64,000 bases of DNA, from positions 1,408,001 through 1,472,000 of the forward strand of contig OY762069.1 of assembly GCA_963665095.1 (NCBI GenBank), given 5' to 3'. Shown here one piece after another: positions 55,863-64,000 of the stretch. The notes under the pieces are model-generated. The model ran no database searches. It was not told the origin of the DNA and was given only the letters and a program-made list of their open reading frames with translations. The position numbers were made by a program, and so were the translations under genes. Position 1 is the stretch's first letter; every line of letters begins with the position of its first letter. The stretch comes from an uncultured Desulfobacter sp. (GTDB lineage: Bacteria; Desulfobacterota; Desulfobacteria; Desulfobacterales; Desulfobacteraceae).

Positions 55863-57307
55863 CACTTTTCCTCCATTGGCAAGTAGGCACAAGGCATTCC
55901 GGTTGCTGCATAATCGGACAAGAGCTTTTTAAGCAGGGCCGGTTCTGATCCGGACAGGGTTTCATGGCCAGGGTTAATTTCATCCGGAGTGGATTTGATA
56001 CGACGGATTGCTGAAGCATTCTTTGTCTTGTCCTGGGGATAAATTGCGGCAAGCTTATTTCCGGTTCGTTTATCTATCAGCCAGGCAACCGATTTATCCC
56101 AGGAGCAAAAACAGACATGAAGACGCTGGATATGATTAAACCGTGAAGGGATTTCAAACCGGATGCCCATCAAAGAGATGGTACCATCGGACAGACGCTG
56201 TTTTCTGGATTCACAGGCTGTAAACGAAAATTGAAGCTGTTCAGGTTCCGGTGCAGGACGTGACACATCCTTGCCGTCAAGGGCGCATTGCAATGGCGAC
56301 ATATGAATTTCATCATGGGTTGACTTGTTGTATTCCATCTCGATCCAGGCCTGGGAGACCTGATTTAAATATACCAGGGTCAAAGAATCCATCCGGCTCA
56401 GCATGGCGATCAAACGGCCTTCAAGTGTACCCCAAAAGGCTTCCTGCTTCCCATTTTGATAGGGCGAGTATGGCAACGTGGTCTCATGACTGACGCCCAA
56501 TCGTTTAAGTCCGTTGCCGGTTTCATGAGCAATCATGGCAGAACCATTATCTGTCATCAAGGCTCTGGGAAGCCCTCTTTTGTAAAACGCCTGGGACAAG
56601 CCGTGGATCAAAACCTCTGCCGTTTCATTCAAATACCATTGAATATGACAACACAGACGGGAGCGATCATCAAGAATGCACAATGCCTTGGGCGTATGCC
56701 ACTGACCTTTTTCGTCCACCACGCGCCTGCTGCATTCGTGAAAGTCCAGATGCCATAATTCATGGATGTTTTCGGTTTCATAACTACGGACTTCATACGT
56801 TTCTAATCGCTTAAAAGCTGATTTCTGTCCGGATGTTTGATTTTTGTTCTTGGAAGCCTTTTTTCTCCAACCCCGTTCAACCATACGCCTTCTCACACTT
56901 GCATAGGACGGCGGATTCTCACACAGGCCCTGTTCAGCGATTTCAGCTGCCAGGTTGTCGCAATGAAGCTGATAGCTCCATTGCGGATAAGTGTTGTACT
57001 GGACACCAAGAAGGCGGATCAATTCAGCATTCAATGCTGTGGATTTGCCCATATCTGAACGAACTTTACGGCCCAGAGCCAGAATTGGGTCCTGGCAATT
57101 TTTTGCCCTGTAATACCAGGCCTCAATTGTGGAAAAATGAAAACAGGTCGGTTTGTTCGTCACAGGATGAGAATAGATTTGACCTGCGAGCCGGGTCAGT
57201 TCATTTTGCAACTCTCCCTTTGCCGGAGGGCGTGCCAGTAAACCGCCGATAACCGAAAAGCGAAATAATGCCCACAGGTCTGCCGGGTGCTGTGTTTTAC
57301 CACTCAT
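55862..57307 (-). CDS. DDE (rve-type) transposase with Mu-like C-terminal domain
   Basis: WHLDF, ILDDRSR, MTDNGSA, PYQNGKQE (D-D-E); RKQRLSDGTISL beta-barrel region; RBS AGGAG. Confidence 0.92.
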   Translation of the reverse strand: MSGKTQHPADLWALFRFSVIGGLLARPPAKGELQNELTRLAGQIYSHPVTNKPTCFHFSTIEAWYYRAKNCQDPILALGRKVRSDMGKSTALNAELIRLLGVQYNTYPQWSYQLHCDNLAAEIAEQGLCENPPSYASVRRRMVERGWRKKASKNKNQTSGQKSAFKRLETYEVRSYETENIHELWHLDFHECSRRVVDEKGQWHTPKALCILDDRSRLCCHIQWYLNETAEVLIHGLSQAFYKRGLPRALMTDNGSAMIAHETGNGLKRLGVSHETTLPYSPYQNGKQEAFWGTLEGRLIAMLSRMDSLTLVYLNQVSQAWIEMEYNKSTHDEIHMSPLQCALDGKDVSRPAPEPEQLQFSFTACESRKQRLSDGTISLMGIRFEIPSRFNHIQRLHVCFCSWDKSVAWLIDKRTGNKLAAIYPQDKTKNASAIRRIKSTPDEINPGHETLSGSEPALLKKLLSDYAATGMPCAYLPMEEK

Positions 57308-57413
57308 AAATCAGGCTCCTTTTTAATTTCAGGTTAAAATTTCGGATCAACGTCTGAAATCAGGTGGTAAAACAGCCTGCATATATTTGTCTATGTTCAT
57401 CCTCTGCGCGAGA

Positions 57414-57989
57414 TTATCCGGCCCTGATTTTGGACCCGCCTGATAAGATTATCAGGCTTGATACAAGTGCGTTTTCGGCGTTGGATTTCACCGCCCGGCA
57501 ATAATTGATGAAACTTGACGGCAGACGGCTGTTACTGACACCAGCGGATATCTGCCCCCGAAGCCTTCGCCAGGTTCGGCTCACTGGAAATGTATCCTGA
57601 AAAAAGGCAAGCCAGCGGTTTATTGTGTTCCGGCTAATGCCAGTTCGTATGGACAAATCATAAACGGTGATTTTTTCATTGGTATTTTGCCAGTCTGTTA
57701 AAACACACAGAATAACTGCAAACCAGTAGACTTTTCTCCCCAGAAAACGGCAGGACGGCGGCATCAATCTTTTGCGACACCCTTCGGTTCCACAACATAG
57801 GCTGAACTGAATAAAGAATTCCTCCGGCACGCCCTCAGGCTCTCCCCGGGGCTTGCGCATGTAATTGCTGAAATATAAGGGGCCTCCACAATGCGGACAA
57901 GGCAACTGTCTGTACTGTTTTGCTGTATTTTTATCGATTTCGTAAAGATGGAAAAAAAGATTTTTGTTTTTAATAAGTTCTGATAGCAT
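57414..57989 (-). CDS. Zn-finger plus HTH hypothetical protein (first gene of the nested transposon)
   Basis: CPHCGG...CCGTEGC; HTH-like VYDLSIRTGISRNTINRW. Confidence 0.75.
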   Translation of the reverse strand: MLSELIKNKNLFFHLYEIDKNTAKQYRQLPCPHCGGPLYFSNYMRKPRGEPEGVPEEFFIQFSLCCGTEGCRKRLMPPSCRFLGRKVYWFAVILCVLTDWQNTNEKITVYDLSIRTGISRNTINRWLAFFQDTFPVSRTWRRLRGQISAGVSNSRLPSSFINYCRAVKSNAENALVSSLIILSGGSKIRAG

Positions 57990-58124
57990 ATCTCCTGCCC
58001 TGTTAGGGTAATAGGGGCAGAAGTTCCATTGATTATTTGCGAGATAAACGGGGGAGCTTCTGCCTCATCCCTGGCATATCTTGCAAATTATCTTTAATTT
58101 TTCCATGATTTTTTGTGATCATTC

Positions 58125-59501
58125 TCACTCCTGGGGAGACCGAACCCGCTGCTCAAGGAGGTTGGCGATGTATTCACATGAGAATGCAGAGAACTTAAAG
58201 GCATCTTCAATGGCCATGGCAACTTGTTCCCGGGAGTAGATTTCACTCAAGGCCACGATTTGCCGTACATGATGGGAGGCGTTAAGCCGCCTGTTCTGCA
58301 ATTGCCTGTAATACTCCCGGGCCTTGTCAGAGAGGCTTAAAAAACGCATATAAATTGCCTGGTCTCTGGCCTTTTTGCGCTGGCTCAAAAGGATTTTAGA
58401 GTGATCAGGATCTTCAAGGTCGTTTTTGCGGCCATAGGATCTGACATGGCGGGCAACCAACTTGTCTTCATGGTAAAAGCAGATCCGATCAGGGTAAAGC
58501 TTGGCAGTCAAAGCCACCCCTGCCAGCTGGGCGGGTACTGTGTAAGCATTTGTATCGATGACTACCCTGTACTGTCTTGAAGCCCGTACCTGCTTTACCA
58601 CACCGATATCATAGGGTTCTGACGGCAGAGGGTATAGGTGGGGCAATTCCAGGGCATACATCTCTGCGGGCTTTTGACCGGTCTCTCCGTGGGTTCTGAC
58701 ATTGGCGACAGTATCAAGCCAGTGTTTGCAGGTGGGCTCCATGATCTTAAAATCAGGGATTTCAAGACCGTTGAGCAGATTCTTTTTGACATAGCCCACA
58801 GCATTTTCAACCCGGCCTTTTTCATTACCCTTGCGCACATTACAGGGAACAATTGTAAATCCGTAATAATCTGCAAAATCAAGGTATCTGGGGTTGAAGA
58901 CCGGGGCTTTCCCCAGCAGTCTTTTTAGAACAGCGGATTTGAGATTGTCCACCATGACCTTTTCCGGCACCTTTCCAAAAAACTCAAATGCATTCTGGTG
59001 GCAGCCTAAAAAATGCTCCATGGTCTGGGAGACCGTGAACTCAACGTACATCATGCGGCTGTGGCACATCACCATCACAAAAAAGCTCAACCGCCGGGTC
59101 GTGTTGCCCACCCTTACTGTACTATAAGAACCCCAGTCCACCTGGGCAGCTTCACCCGGAGCAAAACTCAGTTTCAAATACGCCTTTGTTTTGGGCGGCC
59201 GCACCTTCCTGACATAATCCTCAACAATGGTGATGCCCCCGGCAAAACCATCCTGGGTGATTCGTTGAAATATCTGGCGGGAACTGTAGGGATGTTTTTC
59301 AAGCATATGCAGGATGGCGTTCTTATACGGATCAAGCTTGCTTTCTCTGGGGGCTGACTGTCTGGGCTGGTACCTTTTCAGGTTGGCCCACCTGGCAACT
59401 GTCCTGGGGTCCAGATCAAGGGCATTGGCAATCTGGCTGTATGTCAGGCCGTCTCGGGTAAAGTAATTTCTGATTTGAACATAGGTTTCGTAATCAATCA
59501 T
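58125..59501 (-). pseudogene. istA: IS21 transposase IstA, truncated by the nested insertion (458 of about 491 aa)
   Basis: N-terminal HTH, SKLDPY, PGEAAQVDWG, VDNLKSAV, EKGRVE. The stop codon is supplied by the TGA at the nested element end. Confidence 0.92.
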
Positions 59502-59880
59502 GGTTGCCCTCCGCTGCTGCTTTTAGAATATCTGAAAGACGCAGCATGGAGCCGTGCCGTTTTGATTTACCAGGAGCAGGGTCAAGGGCAAGCACCTGGT
59601 AAATAGGTCTCTGCCAGGCAATCAGCCCATTCTGTATTAACCCGGAACGTGCTGTCTTCAGGCCATCAGAATCCATGCACAGCCGATCCATGATCGCCTT
59701 ATCTCCATAGTAGCTGATGCCTTGACTGTCGGCCACACACACCAGAAACAGATATAGGGCGGACTGGGAGTGTGTACACCTGTCAATGTGCCGTTCACGC
59801 ACCAGGCGATGATCGATCCAACTGAAGCTTTGGGGTGTTTTTCGAACCCTGGATGGTAAAATGGGGGCCTTTGCAATCAT
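59494..59880 (-). CDS. Winged-HTH-like protein (replication-initiator-like), IS21 accessory gene
   Basis: FSWIDHRL, ALYLFL..VADSQGISYYGD, ARSGLIQNGLI; RBS GAAGGAG; stop overlaps the istA start. Fold is inferred. Confidence 0.65.
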   Translation of the reverse strand: MIAKAPILPSRVRKTPQSFSWIDHRLVRERHIDRCTHSQSALYLFLVCVADSQGISYYGDKAIMDRLCMDSDGLKTARSGLIQNGLIAWQRPIYQVLALDPAPGKSKRHGSMLRLSDILKAAAEGNHD

Positions 59881-60361
59881 TTTGCTCTCCTTCTTTTTGG
59901 GGTTGTGAACATAAAATGTCTTGCCCGTATTTTTTCATACGAAGGAGCGTGGAAGCGATGTCATCTTGTAACGCACTGCCTGTAAAGTTGGCGATTAACC
60001 CTATAATGACAGGAGGTTGCGCCCGTAAGAAATCTTGTAACGCATTGTCCATGAATTGCGTTGAATCCTGTTTATTTTCAGCCTGTTGGGGCAATATCGA
60101 GTCTTGTAACGTATCTGGGCTTTTGGTCTTCTTCCAATATCCGGGATTCTTCTTTCTCCATTCCTGAACACGTTCAACATGGGCAGGCCCACAAAAGTAG
60201 TTTCGATTTTCAGGCTTGTTCAGCCATTTTTTCTGGCTGCACCTTTTGCTGGCTTTTCTGCACTCAGATCTGGAACAGTATTTTTGAGAGTCTATATTTC
60301 TTGGATTAGGAGCGAATAATCTTCTACAATTTCGGCACCTTCTTTTCTTGAGTAGTCCCAT
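59795..60361 (-). CDS. Zn-finger basic protein, IS21 accessory gene
   Basis: CRNC...YCSRSEC, basic N-terminus, three LQD repeats; RBS GGAGG. Confidence 0.7.
   Translation of the reverse strand: MGLLKKRRCRNCRRLFAPNPRNIDSQKYCSRSECRKASKRCSQKKWLNKPENRNYFCGPAHVERVQEWRKKNPGYWKKTKSPDTLQDSILPQQAENKQDSTQFMDNALQDFLRAQPPVIIGLIANFTGSALQDDIASTLLRMKKYGQDILCSQPQKEGEQNDCKGPHFTIQGSKNTPKLQLDRSSPGA
59963..60116. repeat. Three direct repeats, core TCTTGTAACG, exact 69-bp period
   Basis: Cores start at 59964, 60033 and 60102; copies 1 and 2 match at 15/16 (ATCTTGTAACGCAYTG). Confidence 0.85.
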
Positions 60362-60591
60362 CTACATATTGCCTCCGATTCAAATCAGACATGAATAAGA
60401 TCAGTATGTACGGAAAAAAGCATAGGGCAAAGAAAGGAAAAAAATGAAGAAGACGAAATTTTTAAATTTGATTTTTAAGAGAAGAAAAACCAGCTAAGAA
60501 CATACATTTTCAAACCGGGGATTTGGCTGCATTTTCAAGACGGCCCTGACAGATTATCAATATGATAGTCAGGGCCTTTTACTTTTTGGTG

Positions 60592-60699
60592 CCCATCTCG
60601 AACCCGGAAGACCCGATTATATGTTTTGGTCTTTAGCGTCGATGGTACTGTCATAGGAGTGTTAGGAGTGTATTGTTTGGGAGAGTAGAACGTCGCCGT
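60592..60699 (+). pseudogene. Degenerate 5'-truncated 5S rRNA copy 3
   Basis: Near-identical to 53530-53628, plus an internal TAGGAGTGT duplication; followed by a decayed terminator. Confidence 0.85.
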
Positions 60700-60825
60700 T
60701 TTTTTTAAAGCCCTGATCAGTTTATAACGAATGATCTTAGCTTTTTGTTTAGATTAAAACTATCTGAATCAATCAGAATACTACCTTATGAGTCCAATAA
60801 TTCGTTGACAAAATAAAGCTTATAG

Positions 60826-60841
60826 CTTACGTAAACGTTAA
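60826..60841. promoter_or_regulatory. LiuR-type operator
   Basis: CTTACGTAAACGTTAA resembles the LiuR palindrome TTTACGTwwACGTAAA; directly upstream of the LiuR-like gene. Confidence 0.7.
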
Positions 60842-60861
60842 CTATAACTTGGATTTATTTA

Positions 60862-61260
60862 ATGAGTACTCCTAAGTCAACCTATACCATATCCCAGATT
60901 GCAGATGAGCTCGATATCTCCACCCGGACCATCCGGTTTTACGAAGAAAAGGGGCTGATTAGCCCTAAGCGGACCAATGGGAATCAGCGCATCTACACCT
61001 CACGGAATAAGGCCAGGCTCAAGCTGATCCTGCGTGGCAAGCGGTTTGGATTCAGCCTGGATGAAATCGCTGACATGATCGGCATGGCCAATGCCGATCC
61101 GGATGAACTTGAACAGATCGAAAAAAGCCTGGCATTCGGCCGGGCCAAGCTCAAAGAGATCCAGGACAGAAAAAAAGAATTGGAACTGCTGGAAAAAGAC
61201 ATTCTTTCCACCAGGGAAAAGCTGCTCAAAAGAAAAAAGGATATTTTGTCGGCTATATAA
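60862..61260 (+). CDS. MerR family regulator, LiuR-like
   Basis: YTISQIADELDISTRTIRFYEEKGL..., RLKLILRGKRFGFSLDEI. Confidence 0.88.
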   Translation: MSTPKSTYTISQIADELDISTRTIRFYEEKGLISPKRTNGNQRIYTSRNKARLKLILRGKRFGFSLDEIADMIGMANADPDELEQIEKSLAFGRAKLKEIQDRKKELELLEKDILSTREKLLKRKKDILSAI

Positions 61261-61283
61261 TAAATTTAATAGGAGGCTGTCCC

Positions 61284-62783
61284 ATGAACTTGATCGAGGT
61301 CATTGAAAAAAACGCGGCAACTACCCCGGATAAAACCGGCCTGTGTGATCTGCAGACATCGTATACCTTCTGGAAAATGGTTGACGAATCAAAGCAGATG
61401 GCAGCAAAACTCCAAGGCCTTGGCATTCAGAAAGGCGATGCTGTGGCGCTGATGGGGCAAAACAGCTTTGACTGGGTCTTCTCCTATTTCGGGATTCTTC
61501 TTTGCGGGGCTGTGGCCGTGCCTGTGAACCATAAACTGACAGCCAGGGAAACCTCATTTATTCTTGAAGATTGTGGAGCCAAGCTGTTTCTCTTTGACGG
61601 CGCACTTGTGGAAGTGGCCAAGGGTATTGAGCTGTCAATCCGGAAGCTTGCCATTGACAGCCCTGCGTCCGGATTTGACCTGCTTCGGGACCAGAAAAGT
61701 GATTCATATACACCTGTGTCGGTAACGGATGAAGATACCGCACAAATCCTTTACACCTCCGGGACCACCGGCAACCCCAAGGGCTGCATCCACACCCATG
61801 CCGGGGTATGTGTGGCCGGATCCACCGGACAAAAGGCCATCAGCCTGACATCGGAAGACCGGATGCTTGTGGCCATGCCCATCTGGCATTCATCCCCGCT
61901 GAACAACTGGTTTGCCGGCATCACCATTGCCGGCGGCACCACCGTGATTCTGCGCGAATACCATCCGCTGCACTTTCTGCAAATCGTCCAAGAGCGGCAG
62001 TGTACAGTCTATTTTGGCGCCCCCATCTCCTATCTTTTGCCTTTGCAGATGATTCCCAACTTCGGCGAATTTGATCTGACCTCCATGCGGGCCTGGATCT
62101 ACGGCGGCGGCCCCATTGCCCCTGAAACAGTTAAAAAACTTGCCGCAACTTACAAAACTGACCGGTTCTACCAGGTCTACGGCATGACGGAATCCGGTCC
62201 CACCGGCACAGTGCTTCTACCCAAGGACCATAAGGAACACGCAGGGTCCATCGGGTGCCGGGCCCTGCCTGGTGCCGAATTGAAAGTGATGAAAGAGGAC
62301 GGTTCCCCGGCAGGTCCTGAAGAGGCCGGAGAGATCTGGCTGAAAGCCGGTTCCATGATGAAAAGTTATCTGAACCGGCCGGATGCAACGGCAGATGCCT
62401 TCAGTGACGGCTGGTACCGCACCGGCGACATGGCCAGAATTGATGCGGACGGGTATCTGTTCATTGTGGACCGGATCAAGGACATGATTGTCACCGGCGG
62501 TGAAAATGTCTACTCCAAGGAGGTGGAGGACATGATCATGGAGTACCCGGATGTGGCGGGCGCAGCTGTTGTAGGCGCACCACATCCCGAGTGGGGAGAA
62601 ACCGTAAATGCCTTTATAGTGCCGGCCAAGGATGCGGAACTGTCCGAAGAACAGCTTAAAACCTTTTTGGCGGAACGGCTGGCCAGATATAAAATCCCGA
62701 AGAAATTTCATTTTGTCACGGAACTGCCCCACACCCCATCGGGCAAGGTCATGAAATATAAACTTCGGGAAGAGATAAATTAA
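61284..62783 (+). CDS. Acyl-CoA synthetase / AMP-binding enzyme
   Basis: YTSGTTGNPKG, YGMTE, WYRTGD, DRIKDMIVTGGENVY, SGKV. Confidence 0.93.
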   Translation: MNLIEVIEKNAATTPDKTGLCDLQTSYTFWKMVDESKQMAAKLQGLGIQKGDAVALMGQNSFDWVFSYFGILLCGAVAVPVNHKLTARETSFILEDCGAKLFLFDGALVEVAKGIELSIRKLAIDSPASGFDLLRDQKSDSYTPVSVTDEDTAQILYTSGTTGNPKGCIHTHAGVCVAGSTGQKAISLTSEDRMLVAMPIWHSSPLNNWFAGITIAGGTTVILREYHPLHFLQIVQERQCTVYFGAPISYLLPLQMIPNFGEFDLTSMRAWIYGGGPIAPETVKKLAATYKTDRFYQVYGMTESGPTGTVLLPKDHKEHAGSIGCRALPGAELKVMKEDGSPAGPEEAGEIWLKAGSMMKSYLNRPDATADAFSDGWYRTGDMARIDADGYLFIVDRIKDMIVTGGENVYSKEVEDMIMEYPDVAGAAVVGAPHPEWGETVNAFIVPAKDAELSEEQLKTFLAERLARYKIPKKFHFVTELPHTPSGKVMKYKLREEIN

Positions 62784-62798
62784 TAAAAGGAACTCATC

Positions 62799-64000
62799 AT
62801 GCACGAATATTTGTTGAATCAGGAGCAGAAAGATCTTCAGGCTGAGGCGCGGGACTTTGTGAAGAGCATTCCCAGGCAGATGATTCTGGATATGGATAAG
62901 GACAAAATACAGTTTCCCAAAGAATTTCTGCAGGAAGCAGGCCGGCGCAATCTCATGGGCTGCCGGTATCCTAAACAATGGGGCGGCCGGGGGCTGGACT
63001 GGGTTTCCACCTGCATGGTCATGGAAGAGATAGGCGTTCTGGGATATATTTTTGCCTGTACATTCGGGGTGGGTGCCGAACTTGTGTGCGATGCCATCAT
63101 CCTGCACGGCACAGATGCCCAGAAGGAAAAATATGTCAAACCCCTGCTCCAGGGAGATATCTTTGCGGCTGAATGCCTGACCGAACCACGGGGCGGGTCT
63201 GATTTCTTCGGCACCACCACCACGGCCGAAGACAAGGGAGACCATTTTCTGCTCAACGGCCAGAAGCGATTCATTGTAGGCGGCGAAGGCGCGGACTATT
63301 TTCTGGTCTATGCCAGAACCGATCCTGATGCCGCGCCCAAGGATGCCATCTCCTGCTTTATTGTGGACAGAGCCCCCGGGGTGCAGACCGAATACCTGTA
63401 TGGTCTTATGGGATGCCGGGGCGGCGGGGCCGCCCGCATGGTGTTCAAGGATGTGAAAGTGCCGAAAGAAAACCTTCTGGGCGGTCTCAACCAGGGCGTC
63501 AAGGTGTTTAACACCATGATGATCCCCGAACGTTTAGGGACAGCGGCCATGACCATTGGCGCGGCTGTGCCGGCCGTGGATGTGGCCACAAGCTACACTT
63601 CCCAGCGTAAAGCCTTTGGCCGGCCTGTGGCAGGGTTTCAAGGAGTCTCCTTCCAGGTGGCCGAAGCCGTCATCATGCTGGATGCGGCCCGGGCCATGAT
63701 CTACCAGACCTCCAGAGCCGTGGATGCGAACATTGACCCCAAGCAGGTCAGACGCCTGGTCTCTGAAACCAAAAAATTTGTCACAGAGTCCTGCCAGACA
63801 GCGGCCCACAACGCCATGCAGGTCATGGGCGGCATCGGGTACACCGATGTCTATCCGGTGGAACGGATCTTCCGGGATCTGCGCCTGGCCTCCATCTGGA
63901 CCGGTACCAACGAGGTGATGTCCATGATCATCGCCAATGAGTGGTACAAGGAGTACTGGAAAAATAAAGCCTCTTCCCCCATCCGGGACATGGAGATGGA
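62799..64000 (+). CDS. Acyl-CoA dehydrogenase (runs off the window end)
   Basis: Manual translation from ATG 62799: LTEPRGGSD, LNGQKRFI, RKAFGRPV..FQGV, QVMGGIGY, ERIFRDLR..IWTGTNEV. Confidence 0.93.
   Translation, partial: MHEYLLNQEQKDLQAEARDFVKSIPRQMILDMDKDKIQFPKEFLQEAGRRNLMGCRYPKQWGGRGLDWVSTCMVMEEIGVLGYIFACTFGVGAELVCDAIILHGTDAQKEKYVKPLLQGDIFAAECLTEPRGGSDFFGTTTTAEDKGDHFLLNGQKRFIVGGEGADYFLVYARTDPDAAPKDAISCFIVDRAPGVQTEYLYGLMGCRGGGAARMVFKDVKVPKENLLGGLNQGVKVFNTMMIPERLGTAAMTIGAAVPAVDVATSYTSQRKAFGRPVAGFQGVSFQVAEAVIMLDAARAMIYQTSRAVDANIDPKQVRRLVSETKKFVTESCQTAAHNAMQVMGGIGYTDVYPVERIFRDLRLASIWTGTNEVMSMIIANEWYKEYWKNKASSPIRDMEM

Larger units (their letters stand above)
54587..58127 (-). mobile_element. 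Nested 3541-bp transposon: Zn-finger/HTH ORF, DDE transposase, ExeA-type AAA+ ATPase, small ORF
   Basis: TGAGA...TCTCA ends; 7-bp TSD CTCCTGG (54580-54586 and 58128-58134); interrupts istA. Confidence 0.92.
53652..60551 (-). mobile_element. IS21-family element with two accessory ORFs (6900 bp including the nested element)
   Basis: TGTCAGG...CCTGACA ends with ~50-bp imperfect IRs sharing CCCGGTTTRAAAATGTA; 5-bp TSD GATTA (53647-53651 and 60552-60556); istA and istB. Confidence 0.93.

Noticed and set aside
59963..60116. Calling the 69-bp-period repeats a CRISPR array
   Set aside because: Repeats are only 10-16 bp, there are three copies inside an ORF, and no cas genes are in the window. Kept as a repeat finding instead.
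62217..63245. 342-aa minus-strand ORF (similar long shadows at 1543-2583 and 36298-37068)
   Set aside because: Antisense to clear genes, with no recognisable motifs.

Overview
Chromosomal window of a sulfate-reducing deltaproteobacterium; the 16S sequence, dsrC and the hdr/flx genes point to Desulfobacteraceae (Desulfobacter-like). Bases 1-47.8 kb are mostly housekeeping and energy genes: lolDE, lysS, pilS/pilC, trpS, argJ, a TetR-SulP-phosphorelay operon, two ClC transporters, truA, kdsD, pfk, miaA, an hdrA(L)-flxDCBA cluster with two in-frame UGA selenocysteine codons that split the ORF track, dsrC, ahbA and mlaEFDA. An rRNA operon follows (16S-23S-5S, no spacer tRNA). The 5S gene is followed by tandem degenerate 5S-3'-half plus terminator repeats. 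A 6.9-kb IS21-family element (53652-60551, 5-bp TSD) sits inside one of these terminators. It carries two uncharacterised accessory genes upstream of istA, one with exactly 69-bp-periodic internal DNA repeats. Its istA is interrupted by a second 3.5-kb four-gene transposon (54587-58127, 7-bp TSD) encoding a Zn-finger/HTH protein, a DDE transposase, an ExeA-type AAA+ ATPase and a small ORF, with structured non-coding ends. The window ends in a LiuR-like regulator, an acyl-CoA ligase and an acyl-CoA dehydrogenase. All calls come from reading the sequence; no searches were run.
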